Made by a program: the position numbers and the translations under genes. From positions 1 to 64,000 of IMG/VR virus record IMGVR_UViG_3300050821_006672: a DNA stretch of 64,000 nucleotides. One strand, given 5' to 3'. Origin of the DNA: a virus. A model generated the notes under the pieces. It was given only the letters and a program-made list of their open reading frames with translations. It searched no databases and had not been told where the DNA came from. Numbering within the stretch: position 1 is the first letter of the stretch; each line of letters begins with the position of its first letter. This document shows positions 53,801 through 63,221 of this stretch, piece by piece.

Positions 53801-55702
53801 ACAATGAGCGTCAGCGCTATCACGCCTTTGACTTCTTCGTCGCAGACATTAGAATGGGGAACGAACGATAGCGCCACTTTTGCTGCTTTTAATACTGCGA
53901 GGGCGGGCAGCACATCTCCGGTTGAATTGGATATTCCTGCTGGGCGGTATTGCTTCATGGGGGCTGGGTTGGGGATTGGTTTTACTTGGAACGTAAAAAA
54001 TCTTCGCGTTGTTGGTAGCGGAACTGCGGTGTTCACGGATATGTCCGGAACAGGGAGAGGATGGTTCTTGGGCGGTTGCGCGGGAGGTCAATCGAATAAT
54101 AACACGAGTCAGGCTCGTACCAGTACCGCGAACGCCGGTAGTTCGATGATCACCCTGAAGAACTCCTCCGATGCCTCGCGGTTCTCTCCGCCATGTTGGG
54201 CATTGATGACCGGATTAGATATACAAGGATTCGGATATCCGAGTAACCAGCAATTTTATGAGTGGGTATACGTTACGTCGATTGTTGGCGCGGCTGTTAA
54301 TCTGCAGTCGCCGCTCGTCAACACTTACAAAGATACGTGGCCGGTATTCAACGCCGGCAATGCTAGTAATGTAGACTGTGGGGGTCCTGCTACGCTCTAC
54401 GCGATCGAGGCGGGGTGGGATTGTGACCATGAATACGTCAACATCCAGCAAGAATCGACTGGGCAAATAAATAGCATCGGCCGTAACGTCACTTATACTG
54501 GAGGTGGTTCCATCGCCGGCAACAGTGCGGGATGTTGTGTCTACCCTTCGAGAAATAAGGTGTGGACGTGCAATGGCGTGGACACGACGGCTGGTAGTTC
54601 TGAGATCGATAAGTTGATTGCCAACGTGGTCGTGAATGGTGGTCATTGGAGTAGACCAAAAACCCAGAGTCCATCCCCAGATAGTATGACGTTTGAGAAC
54701 GTTGTCATGAACAGCAATATGCTGGGGTCACCGAAGAATACGAGTCTCAAGGGCTGCTACCTCAACGGCGGCGCGTCATTTGGGCCAACTGCTTTTGGCT
54801 ACGGAACGTCTGTTTATTCCGAGGCGTGTTCTTTTGCTAATGTGGGTGCCAGTAGCGGTTTTATCGGCGGAGTAGCTGAGAGCGACGTGTTGGGGGCTGG
54901 GGCGTACCAATTCATTGGCGGCGGGATCATCAAGAGACTTAAGTCTGGTGGATCAGGATCGCCCCCTCAATGGGGAACTTCTAATGGAATTTGTTTCATC
55001 GGCACTAATTCTCTGACCACAGAATATATATTTCAAGTCACAGATATTTACGAGGATGGGACTTATATTTACATTCGAACTACACTGGACGGATTTCCGA
55101 CTATTCCTGGCCCCACGTGGAACATTCACACTCACCCGTGCCCGCAGCTTACTATGGTTGCGTGCGTAGGCTGCGTTGATGCAATCGATATGTCGGGGGC
55201 ACCGACTGCTAGAGCACCGATATACTCATACACCAAGCGGACGTTCTCAAACTGGGCTGCTCAGCAGCAGAGCACATCTTGGATTTGGGGAAGGTTGGTA
55301 TCGTATACGCTTGGCGGATATCCAGGAGATACACCTTATACGGGTGTGTTAGGTACGCTAAAGCTGGAGCCTGCAGCACAGTTGGGAGCGGCCTGCGTTT
55401 CTCCTACGGGAGGAGCCTCTATATTCTATGATCCAGTGTTAAACATGATAGTTGGAGGGCAGCGTATTCTACTACCTGGGTCTGTTTCTGCACAATCAGG
55501 CGATGTCCTTGGCGCAGCTCCAGGAGCATTATGGTTTACCAAGAGCGTGTCTCCATTTCTAGACAGTAGCATTTCGGGAGAATCCTCTTCTGTTTGGCCA
55601 ACGATTACTATTGAGCTAGTAACTGATCAGACTGTTATTCAAGTTCCTTACCAAACTAATCTACCTAGCAGCCAGCGTGGTTTTTTCCGTCATGTCGTCT
55701 AA
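50900..55702 (+). CDS. large multidomain fibre/spike-like protein (1600 aa)
   Basis: CBM-like WSSSTTYAIGD, FN3-like YRVKRATS...YYYKV, LamG-like HIIAGTYDG, beta-helix-start-like YGAKGDG. Confidence 0.65.
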   Translation: MSLDAENVSGQGGGSNLVYRNLRSSAFGDFPSYNTTDRPARSSADWLHMDGLLLCYPYDLTAMGTWGTNISTAKGFRYVWFIAPDHDSEYAWGLDAEMIYRGFSNDPTILPDPSTLVPIVSVLGTTQTGTAASFTASIAGDGVTLNVSGISSGIIALGYQIAGTGITGSPHIVSMGTGMGGTGTYVLSVNQGGAIGSEGMTATVTGSGLFNGHFFPWFVFNADTNQGHLYLQCIVTSGINDNAWNEGCWTTTDIDNYTFQGIAFTNSLNPGFGFASGMTVYRLGVNNWIAFGSADTGSNDGKKGYWTSTDGLRFTFQGQITGKVGSSVYTIQGAPKFTVGGQDYVLTWEDARGNAWSSSTTYAIGDRANIITYSGPRNEHYYEFQTYQSLTNGNLNNNPSTSPANWVTVTDGGQFLAQVVIDSHGNVLASPAPVRQSAMYTGTFPGPTYVSYVSGIMESGFCVALVLHGFYPALNPATLPAPYIQGGGLSEEYLDVYPVIVDATAAPNAAPFGVRCSCAGGNILIRWFDISPGHNYRVKRATSLGGTYANLADVTVGQYIDTTGTLGTVYYYKVVTLNGGVEKDSRTVSTYCGQYDSFTCAHVTRALAAGADATTISEWRIAKVVRWLIEHDKLKHLRVGTAAWMGVVQDGSHNISRIFDLGTTLLPRMGDLTPTTATGTTYSATAINSVTPGWINANNNSFGMYGNFGKGTGSQGRLNNIRKWDACTFFASYQKSNANQTTFVSTGEFNSGLTLRVAAGSPGTPQFLMADKVTSHTATGPALSGATPHIIAGTYDGNGTAKCYTEGVAGTPVTGIADNSVLLGQTGVAVLNFFLGTGTTSLKFGANSSPPGPGGTYVFENNEAQYNGHANFGFDVLFTDPEIASFTQLLRDDTTATIVDDIKATYGAKGDGQKLLSTWTTSGMTLTCNGTSPFVSGDTGKYFALSGAGTAGGILSGTLTFVSSTQVTMSVSAITPLTSSSQTLEWGTNDSATFAAFNTARAGSTSPVELDIPAGRYCFMGAGLGIGFTWNVKNLRVVGSGTAVFTDMSGTGRGWFLGGCAGGQSNNNTSQARTSTANAGSSMITLKNSSDASRFSPPCWALMTGLDIQGFGYPSNQQFYEWVYVTSIVGAAVNLQSPLVNTYKDTWPVFNAGNASNVDCGGPATLYAIEAGWDCDHEYVNIQQESTGQINSIGRNVTYTGGGSIAGNSAGCCVYPSRNKVWTCNGVDTTAGSSEIDKLIANVVVNGGHWSRPKTQSPSPDSMTFENVVMNSNMLGSPKNTSLKGCYLNGGASFGPTAFGYGTSVYSEACSFANVGASSGFIGGVAESDVLGAGAYQFIGGGIIKRLKSGGSGSPPQWGTSNGICFIGTNSLTTEYIFQVTDIYEDGTYIYIRTTLDGFPTIPGPTWNIHTHPCPQLTMVACVGCVDAIDMSGAPTARAPIYSYTKRTFSNWAAQQQSTSWIWGRLVSYTLGGYPGDTPYTGVLGTLKLEPAAQLGAACVSPTGGASIFYDPVLNMIVGGQRILLPGSVSAQSGDVLGAAPGALWFTKSVSPFLDSSISGESSSVWPTITIELVTDQTVIQVPYQTNLPSSQRGFFRHVV

Positions 55703-55988
55703 ATCAATCTTTAACGGCTCCGGCTACTTCCTCAGCGACAACCGCGCTTCGGGTGGAAAGCTCGAAGAAGATGATCTCTTAGGGTGTGGGCACTGCCCCC
55801 GTCCTGTCAAGAAGCGTAAATGGTCTCTTAAAGGGGGAATGTGTTTCGTTTGTGCTAACGCGCTGTGTTTCGAATGCTATTCAAAAGTTCACATAACCGG
55901 TTGTACGGGGCCGGATGTAGACAAACTCCTGCGGGCGGTTAACGAAGAATACCGCAAGCAGCAGAATGCCAAAGTGCTTGGCATTTGA
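55692..55988 (+). CDS. Cys-rich zinc-binding protein
   Basis: CGHC, CFVC, CFEC. Confidence 0.6.
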   Translation: MSSKSIFNGSGYFLSDNRASGGKLEEDDLLGCGHCPRPVKKRKWSLKGGMCFVCANALCFECYSKVHITGCTGPDVDKLLRAVNEEYRKQQNAKVLGI

Positions 55989-56033
55989 AAGAGGCCTGGA
56001 GTGGTGACTAGGCATGACTAAAGGAGCAAGACA

Positions 56034-56507
56034 ATGCCTACGATGACTTCAGGTAACGGTGCTTTCACGCCGAGCACCAGCACCGACAATTGGACTTGGG
56101 ATACCCAAACCGCCAACGTATTTGGCAAAGTGGTCGCGATTGGTTGGGGTGGTCGCCTTACGACCTCGACCGCATATCGTACTCGATGGACCCGACCGAC
56201 CACCGCCGCTGCCGGTACCTTCACGGCCTTGACCTCTGCGTTCCATCAGCCGAACTACACTTCATTCGGTTCTCGCGTTGGTACTTTCAGCAACGCTGCG
56301 ACGCTCGCGTCCGATCCTAGTGGCAATCTTTGGGCGCAAGATTGGAACGCGCAAGGCGGTGTCGGCATGATCGTCATGCCCCTTGCAAACCCCTGGTGGT
56401 GCGTTGGTGCGGCGGGTGCTGGCGCTTTGCAAGGCCAGATTTCATGCCGCAACATCGCTGGTACTGACGCTTCCGGCAGTAGCTATGAAGTCACGATCGA
56501 GGAGTAA
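56034..56507 (+). CDS. putative virion protein
   Basis: AAGGAG RBS. Confidence 0.6.
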   Translation: MPTMTSGNGAFTPSTSTDNWTWDTQTANVFGKVVAIGWGGRLTTSTAYRTRWTRPTTAAAGTFTALTSAFHQPNYTSFGSRVGTFSNAATLASDPSGNLWAQDWNAQGGVGMIVMPLANPWWCVGAAGAGALQGQISCRNIAGTDASGSSYEVTIEE

Positions 56508-56512
56508 TTGCT

Positions 56513-56800
56513 ATGGCAGTCAACATCAAGTTTAGAGGCGTCAATCGCGCCGATGCCTTCGACGAACTGGCACACGCGGATAACGTTCCTTCGGGTCTGC
56601 GCCAACTTGTTCACACTGCAATCGACCAGCTTCCCGAGTCTGAACTGGAAGTCGAGATTGCCTACGATAGAGACGATAGCGGCGTGACGGCGAGTGTTGC
56701 TGTAAAAGTGCTGGGCCTTGCGCGACCGATGCCAGTGACTTTTACGCGTGATCAAGTGGTCGAACAGCGTAATCGAACCGGCACGATTATGAAGGGCTGA
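56513..56800 (+). CDS. hypothetical protein
   Basis: AGGAG RBS. Confidence 0.55.
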   Translation: MAVNIKFRGVNRADAFDELAHADNVPSGLRQLVHTAIDQLPESELEVEIAYDRDDSGVTASVAVKVLGLARPMPVTFTRDQVVEQRNRTGTIMKG

Positions 56801-56802
56801 CC

Positions 56803-57105
56803 GTGCCGGGGTTTAGCTTACAAGTGGGGTCAGGCGCACGTCGCCTGACCATCCATTGTCGTTATTGCGGGGCGACGTTACCTTGTCCTCCTGAAGAAGC
56901 TGATTTGTGGGTTTGGATGAAAAAGGACGATGTAAAGGAATTCTATCGTTCTCACAGAGAGCATGCTGGCGTCTTTGCGGACAAGCTCGTCGGTGCTGAG
57001 ATTGAGTTCGATGAGGATTTGGTTCCCAAGAAAAAAGAGGACTTACCACCTCTCATGAACTTACTGAGTCCTGAAGGCATGCAAGCTATCGCGGCGAATA
57101 AGTAA
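56803..57105 (+). CDS. hypothetical protein
   Basis: CRYC motif. Confidence 0.5.
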   Translation: MPGFSLQVGSGARRLTIHCRYCGATLPCPPEEADLWVWMKKDDVKEFYRSHREHAGVFADKLVGAEIEFDEDLVPKKKEDLPPLMNLLSPEGMQAIAANK

Positions 57106-59186
57106 TGTTTGTTTTATCATCAACTCGCCAGATACCGCAAGATCATCCTCTGCCGCGGATGTTTGCTGGGGTGCAGGGGCCTAATGTCGCTCCGCCCCCA
57201 CAGATTGGCTCGATTGTCCTTAAACAGGAATATCCAGAGCGTCTGAGCTCAACATTTGCGAGTGGTGTAGCTCCGGTGCCGGCAGTTGTGTTGATGAACG
57301 GCATATTTGTTGATGCCGAACAGCCTACTTTGTATACTTCAATACTCAATACTTTAGTAGTAAGCTCTGTAGTACTATCACCAGTAGGAAAGTTGTTTAC
57401 ATCTCAGGAGCAACCTTTCCATCCGCTTCCACGCTTTAATCCAGCCGTTATCCCCGGCAATGTCGCAGCAATACCTCAGATAGGTCGGTTGGTAACAGTA
57501 CAAGAACTGCCTGCTCAGCCTCCATCTATATTGGCGGTCGGTCCTCCCGCCCTACCTTCCTCTGTGTCCCCGGTTGGGGGAATACTTGTACGAGAGGCAG
57601 AAGTCGCTCCTCGACCCGTTCTGAGATTTGTGTTCGGCGTATTTCTGACGACGCCAACTCCACTAGTTACATCTCCTTTACTAGTAAAACAAGAACAGCC
57701 GATTCAGCCCACATCGTCGTTAGCGGCTAGTGGTTCGTTCGTTGCTCCGGCAATAATTCCGCCGGTATCTACTCTAGTATTGACATTGCAAGAGCGACCC
57801 ATTCAATCCCCGTCGTTCGTTGCTCCAGGAAGATTCTTGGGCGCGGCTGCTATTACGTTGCCTAGTGTACTGCCAATTCTGGTTAAGCAAGAATTTCAAG
57901 ATCATCCAATTCCTAAGATATTTAGCGGTCTGCCCCCAGTACCAGCCTCAGTCCTGATGAATGGCGTATTCGTTGATGCCGAGCAGCCTACTTTGTATAC
58001 TCCAATAACTAATGCTGGAGTTCAAACGCCGGTTATTGCGACTTCTCTCAGTCCCGGTTTCGTTTTTGGTAAAGCAGAGGTTCCAACCTACTCGCAACTT
58101 GCGTTGGTGTTTGGTGTTCAGGGCCCAGATGTAGCACTTATTCCCTCTCCGCTGATTTCTGTCCAGGAACAACCACCCCGCTCTTATTCGAACTTGGTAT
58201 CTAGCACTATATTCTTACCTCCGATTACCCTACCACCGTTCCGCGCCCCTATTCTAACTGCGCAAGAGGGACCTTTCCATCCCGCACCTCAGATGCGAGC
58301 TAGCATTCAGGGGCCTAATGTCGCCGCTCCCCCGCAGATCGGTGAAATACTGATAACTCAGGAGCAACCTTGGCATCCGTTGCCTTCGTTGCGAGCTATT
58401 CTGCCGCCCCCCATAGTCCCTGTAATAGGAACGCCAGAGACTAGGGTTATAGTAGTAAAACAAGAATTGCCGTCCCACCCTTACCCGCAAATGAAAGCGA
58501 GTATTCAAGGGCCGAATGTGGCCCAGCTGCCCTTGGTCGGCAGGATACAGATTACACAGGAATTGCCGTTCCATCCCGGTTCAATATTTACGTCTGCGGT
58601 AATTCCTGGCAACGTCGCCGCGCTTCCGCAGGTAGGGCGCTTGGTTACGGTGCAAGAGCTTCCTGACCATCCGAAACCGTCTCTGCGAGCGCCCGCGCCG
58701 CCTTCGGTCGCTCTATTGCCTCAAGTAGGGGCAATAGTCACAACGCAGGAAATACCGTTCCATCCGTCCTCCAAGATAAGTCCTGCTCTTATCCCGGGTA
58801 ATGTTGCTGCGCTGCCCCAGGTAGGTCGGTTGGTAACAGTGCAGGAGTTACCATTCCACCCCAACTCGCAGTTCAACCCAAGCGTATTCCCGCCGCCGCC
58901 TCCGGTATCGCCCGTCGGACGTACGATCGGTTCACAAGAGCAGCCATACCATCCGGGTCCGAGGTCTTGGTCTTATCCGCCGACTTCAGTTCCCTTTACT
59001 GGAACCGGCGGTCAGTTGATGCCAGTGCAAGAATACCCGTACCATCCACCTTCAATGTTGTTCTTTACGGGATACGATCCCGAGTTCGCATCTCCCGGTC
59101 CTAACTTTGCGCGGCTGCTATTCAACACTAAGATTCGCGTTCGTACCCTCGTCAATAAGACCCCGCGCACGATTAGGTACAACTGA
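57105..59186 (+). CDS. proline-rich tandem-repeat protein
   Basis: Repeated [Q/A]E-x-P-x-HP...GPNVA/PGNVA units of about 30 aa. Confidence 0.7.
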   Translation: MFVLSSTRQIPQDHPLPRMFAGVQGPNVAPPPQIGSIVLKQEYPERLSSTFASGVAPVPAVVLMNGIFVDAEQPTLYTSILNTLVVSSVVLSPVGKLFTSQEQPFHPLPRFNPAVIPGNVAAIPQIGRLVTVQELPAQPPSILAVGPPALPSSVSPVGGILVREAEVAPRPVLRFVFGVFLTTPTPLVTSPLLVKQEQPIQPTSSLAASGSFVAPAIIPPVSTLVLTLQERPIQSPSFVAPGRFLGAAAITLPSVLPILVKQEFQDHPIPKIFSGLPPVPASVLMNGVFVDAEQPTLYTPITNAGVQTPVIATSLSPGFVFGKAEVPTYSQLALVFGVQGPDVALIPSPLISVQEQPPRSYSNLVSSTIFLPPITLPPFRAPILTAQEGPFHPAPQMRASIQGPNVAAPPQIGEILITQEQPWHPLPSLRAILPPPIVPVIGTPETRVIVVKQELPSHPYPQMKASIQGPNVAQLPLVGRIQITQELPFHPGSIFTSAVIPGNVAALPQVGRLVTVQELPDHPKPSLRAPAPPSVALLPQVGAIVTTQEIPFHPSSKISPALIPGNVAALPQVGRLVTVQELPFHPNSQFNPSVFPPPPPVSPVGRTIGSQEQPYHPGPRSWSYPPTSVPFTGTGGQLMPVQEYPYHPPSMLFFTGYDPEFASPGPNFARLLFNTKIRVRTLVNKTPRTIRYN

Positions 59187-59497
59187 TGTACTGCGGTCAG
59201 GATTGGGACCCGATCGACGCCAACGAGACGGATGTGTTCTCGATGGATTTTCGTAACGACGTTAATCCCGGTGAGGGCATAGTCTCGGCGAGCTGGTCCA
59301 TTGGTGTCAGCTACGGTAACGATCCCGTGCCTGCTATGCGCCTAGTAGGTAATCCCGGTGTATTAGGTACGATCACGTCCCAAACGCTGACTACGGCACA
59401 GTCTGGCGTCATTTACTGGTTGGCTGCACTTATAGTTACGACTACGGGCCGCAAGCTTGAGTTGTGGGGGCATGTTCCCTGCGTTATTCCGATGTGA
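59186..59497 (+). CDS. putative fibre adaptor protein
   Basis: DPIDANETDVFSMDF...IVTTTGR. Confidence 0.5.
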   Translation: MYCGQDWDPIDANETDVFSMDFRNDVNPGEGIVSASWSIGVSYGNDPVPAMRLVGNPGVLGTITSQTLTTAQSGVIYWLAALIVTTTGRKLELWGHVPCVIPM

Positions 59498-59507
59498 GGT
59501 GAGACAT

Positions 59508-59807
59508 ATGGAAGCCCTAATGCCAAAGATGCGGCCCAATCAGAAATTGATCGAGGCGCTTAAGACGATGCTTGCGAAAGCGCAGTTGGGTGAGATTACT
59601 GACGGCGTTTTGCTTGGAAAAGGCTATGCCGATCCTGGCGGCCAGGAACCTTGGTTTCATCATTTTTCTATTGAGCGCGACGAGGACGTTGTGACGTTCG
59701 TTGGTGAATTGGATATATTCAAGGATGTGATGAAAGCGAATGTTCACAATACTCGCAATCGCGCTGCTGGCGTCGGCCGTATCAAGTCGATTGGTGGTTT
59801 GTCATGA
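59508..59807 (+). CDS. hypothetical protein
   Basis: GAGG RBS. Confidence 0.5.
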   Translation: MEALMPKMRPNQKLIEALKTMLAKAQLGEITDGVLLGKGYADPGGQEPWFHHFSIERDEDVVTFVGELDIFKDVMKANVHNTRNRAAGVGRIKSIGGLS

Positions 59808-60004
59808 ACGAACCCGAGGAATATCTGCTTCAGTTCTTTGCTTACAGCCATCTTAAGCCTGAACTACAAGAGTTCAGCAAGCCATTTGGGGAACTTGCAA
59901 GCTCGCTTGTTGTAATGCTCCCCCGCAATCCCGAGCGAACGACAGCGCTTCGCAAGCTGCTAGAGGCCAAGGACTGCGCAGTTCGGGCTAAATTGTATAA
60001 GTAA
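59804..60004 (+). CDS. conserved small phage protein
   Basis: LQFFAYSHL...ERTTALRKLLEAKDCAVRA. Confidence 0.65.
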   Translation: MNEPEEYLLQFFAYSHLKPELQEFSKPFGELASSLVVMLPRNPERTTALRKLLEAKDCAVRAKLYK

Positions 60005-63000
60005 TGCAACCTGCTTTAAGTACCCTCCCCAACTCTGGTCTTCCACTTGCTAGGAAGCCTGTGGAAGACCAGCTTGTTCGCGCGGCGGGACTTATGGTCG
60101 TAACGCCGAACGGCGAGGCGCTATTTCTGCGATATGCGCCCGACCACGATCACAGCGGCGAGTGGGCTTGGCCGGCAGGAGGGCTAGAAGGCGATGAGGA
60201 AGCACGTGACGCAGCGGTCCGGGAAACCCGTGAAGAAACCGGGTGGATACCAAATGAAGAAATCAAGGAAGTCGATAGCTCTCAAGACGAGATCGATTTT
60301 ACGACGTTTGCGACAACTACAGGCAACCAGTTCATCCCTGAATTGAGCAGCGAACACGATAGCTGGTGCTGGGCGCCTCTTACTAACCCTCCTGAGCCTT
60401 TGCACCCCGGCGTAAAGCAGCTGTTGGCTAACGATCAGGCGCCTATTGCTCATCCCGCCGCTGCAAACATTGCCTCGCGCTCCGAACTTAATTCTATTGG
60501 ACCACCTTCTAAGCAGCCCAAAGAGACGCGCGCCATCAACGTCGCTTACGCGCATGGCGGGACTACTGGGCCCGAAGCTAAGCAGTCGTCTCAGGCAAAT
60601 CGCTACATAGACTCCGGTGGCTTGACGGAACACGACCGCGAGCGAACAGGAAAGAGCAAAGCCGTGTTGGGGAAAGATGCAGTGAAGAAGGAAGCGAGCA
60701 AGGGCCGTTTCTTTGATAGTGCGAGCGATGCTGGCGTTATTAACTACAAAGGCTATGAGATTCGTGCCGTACCTGGTGGCGATTTTCGTGTCTACAAAAA
60801 CGGACGCGAAAAAAAGAATATGTACAGCCTTTCATTAGCTGATGCTAAGCAAGGCATTGATTTTGTTGCTGGCGTCGAGAACGTAGAGCGAGAAGAGGGG
60901 CCGCTTCAACGAAACAAACTTAGCAGAGACGCCGAATACGTCGAAAAGCCTCATATTGGCCGCCTTCCGCCTCGCGAAGCTGAGCGATTGTCGCGGGATG
61001 CGGCTGAGGATGCCTCACAGCAAGTCGAGGCTTACAAGAAAGCTTTGCATGAGGGGAAAATTACTCGAAAGGAATTCGACGGTTTTATGGAAGCTCTCGG
61101 CGAGAAAAATCTGAGTGAGCAGCACAAGGAAGCTTTCAAGAATCGTCCTGCCAAAGACGCTGAGGACTACCGCTCTGAGCGAGGTTTTGTCGCTAAGCTT
61201 ACCGACGAAAAGGGCAGCACAATTGAAACCTCGCCGCTAATGATTTCGCGTAATAGTGCGCAGCGATGGCTCGACGAAAAGGCAGCAAAGTTGAAGCGCC
61301 TCGGCCGCGCGGTGCAAGGTACTATCCGCGAAAGTTTTATGGACCCTGCTTACATTAATGCCGACTCGATTGCCTTCGATGAAGGTTCTGTCCGCACTAC
61401 CGACCCAGACGGCCGCCTTCACGTCTCGACTACCAACATCTCCAAAGCAGTAGTCAATCCTTACAAGGGCAGTGAAATACCGGATTATGAGAAGCTCGGC
61501 TTAGAGCCCGACAAAATTTATCACCTGTATCGCGATCCGGACGAGTTAGCGAAAGCGGCCCCGACGTTCAATAATCTCCCCCTGCTCAAGCAGCATGTCC
61601 CTATTACTGCGGACACCCACAAGCCTGAGCTTGTATTAGGCTCGACGGGGACAGACGCTTCTTTCGAACATCCTTTCCTTAAGAATAGCCTGGTTCTGTG
61701 GAGTAAGGACGGTATTGACGATGTTACGTCCAATAAGAAAAAAGAACTGTCGTCGGCATATCGTTACATAGCAGATATGACGCCTGGTACTTGGGAAGAC
61801 CCAGAGACCGGCGAGCAGAAACCCTTTGATGGAATAATGAGGAATATCGTGGGCAATCACGTCGCCCTCGTAAAGGAGGGTCGTGCGGGTCACGACGTAG
61901 TTGTAGGAGACAGTGCAGCCGGATTGGTGGCCGGACGTAAACGAAAGAGGCGGGTCATGAGCACTATGACAAAAACGGCCGCCAATACGGTACTCGTTCT
62001 GAGTTCGTACATTCGGCCCAAACTGGCCCAGGATCAGAAGGTGAATCTGCTTCCTGTGGTTGAGGGCCTGACGGCCAAAAACTTTGATGAGCGTCGTTCC
62101 GGTATTATCCGCGAGGTCCGGAAATTGACGAAAGGAAAGCTCGCGAACGACGCTTCGATTGGTGAGATCGCAGAAGTACTCGATTTGCTCGAAGCCCACC
62201 CCGATACTGGCGAGGACGCGCCTGTTACGGATGTACAGGAGGCAATGATGTCAGAAATGACGGATGTGCCTGGCGCCTCTAACGTTAGTGGTCAGGGCAG
62301 TCCAGGCGGCGACCGGCGCGCGCGTGATACTCGTCGTGCTCGCGATACTTACGATCGTAAAGCACGGGATCGGAAAGCGCGAGATGCTTTCCCCCCTCCA
62401 CAGGACCGGGAAGATGATCGCGATCAGGAAGGCGAAGATCGTCGCGCGCGCGATGCTGATCCTACTGCCGCAGTCGAGTCCTTCTTGAAGGACAAGGTTA
62501 GCGGCTCCGATCTCCAGCACGTCTGCAATCTCATGCGCGGGGGCGCTACTCAAGACGATACGCTTTCGGATGGGGGTGACACTGAGCCCCATGCCGAGGG
62601 CGAAGAGGTTCTCGAGGAGCTAGGCGCTTCGCATGGTGCAGAGGACAATCCCGATGATGTACCGGATCGCAGCGATATTGATCGCTCTCGCGAATGGCAC
62701 GTCGGCGAGGGCGAGGAACCTGGTGCTGGTCATTCCGGCAAGACGGTTCAGGACCGCAACGCTTACGACAAACGCGGCGCGAAGGATCGCCGCGCAAAGG
62801 ATCGCAAACGGGCTCACGACGAGCCGCCTCCGTTCAAGGGAATGCCGAAAGTGGGTGAAGGTCCCGATAAGCGAGCCATGGATACCGCAGTAAAGATTGC
62901 GGTCGAACAGGCTACCAACAATCAGCGCGAAATCCGCAAGGCCGAGCGCGATGTGCGTCCGTGGGTTGGTGAGCTCGCGATGGACGAGGCCAAGTGCCCC

Positions 63001-63207
63001 GAAGATGTCTACGCCGCTGCTCTCAAGGCGCGTAACATCAAGATCGATGGAGTTCATCCGTCGGCTTACTCTGTCATCCTCAAAAACCTTCCGCTGCCGG
63101 GTCAGGGCGCAACTCGTAGTTCGTCGCCGCGTGTGGCTATGGATGCCGCAACTCGTGCTTCGTTCAACGATCGCTTCCCGAACGTTGGCCGGATTGGCCT
63201 GTTGTAA
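60004..63207 (+). CDS. Nudix hydrolase fused to DUF2213 prohead protease/scaffold
   Basis: Nudix box GGLEGDEEARDAAVRETREETG; DGRLHV, ELSSAYRY, GNHVALVKEGRAG; charged scaffold region. Confidence 0.85.
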   Translation: MQPALSTLPNSGLPLARKPVEDQLVRAAGLMVVTPNGEALFLRYAPDHDHSGEWAWPAGGLEGDEEARDAAVRETREETGWIPNEEIKEVDSSQDEIDFTTFATTTGNQFIPELSSEHDSWCWAPLTNPPEPLHPGVKQLLANDQAPIAHPAAANIASRSELNSIGPPSKQPKETRAINVAYAHGGTTGPEAKQSSQANRYIDSGGLTEHDRERTGKSKAVLGKDAVKKEASKGRFFDSASDAGVINYKGYEIRAVPGGDFRVYKNGREKKNMYSLSLADAKQGIDFVAGVENVEREEGPLQRNKLSRDAEYVEKPHIGRLPPREAERLSRDAAEDASQQVEAYKKALHEGKITRKEFDGFMEALGEKNLSEQHKEAFKNRPAKDAEDYRSERGFVAKLTDEKGSTIETSPLMISRNSAQRWLDEKAAKLKRLGRAVQGTIRESFMDPAYINADSIAFDEGSVRTTDPDGRLHVSTTNISKAVVNPYKGSEIPDYEKLGLEPDKIYHLYRDPDELAKAAPTFNNLPLLKQHVPITADTHKPELVLGSTGTDASFEHPFLKNSLVLWSKDGIDDVTSNKKKELSSAYRYIADMTPGTWEDPETGEQKPFDGIMRNIVGNHVALVKEGRAGHDVVVGDSAAGLVAGRKRKRRVMSTMTKTAANTVLVLSSYIRPKLAQDQKVNLLPVVEGLTAKNFDERRSGIIREVRKLTKGKLANDASIGEIAEVLDLLEAHPDTGEDAPVTDVQEAMMSEMTDVPGASNVSGQGSPGGDRRARDTRRARDTYDRKARDRKARDAFPPPQDREDDRDQEGEDRRARDADPTAAVESFLKDKVSGSDLQHVCNLMRGGATQDDTLSDGGDTEPHAEGEEVLEELGASHGAEDNPDDVPDRSDIDRSREWHVGEGEEPGAGHSGKTVQDRNAYDKRGAKDRRAKDRKRAHDEPPPFKGMPKVGEGPDKRAMDTAVKIAVEQATNNQREIRKAERDVRPWVGELAMDEAKCPEDVYAAALKARNIKIDGVHPSAYSVILKNLPLPGQGATRSSSPRVAMDAATRASFNDRFPNVGRIGLL

Positions 63208-63221
63208 AGGAGGGCCAAACC

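Noticed and set aside
57105-59186. Possible CRISPR array or DGR repeats
   Set aside because: Repeats are degenerate, codon-phased protein repeats; no cas or reverse transcriptase gene is present.
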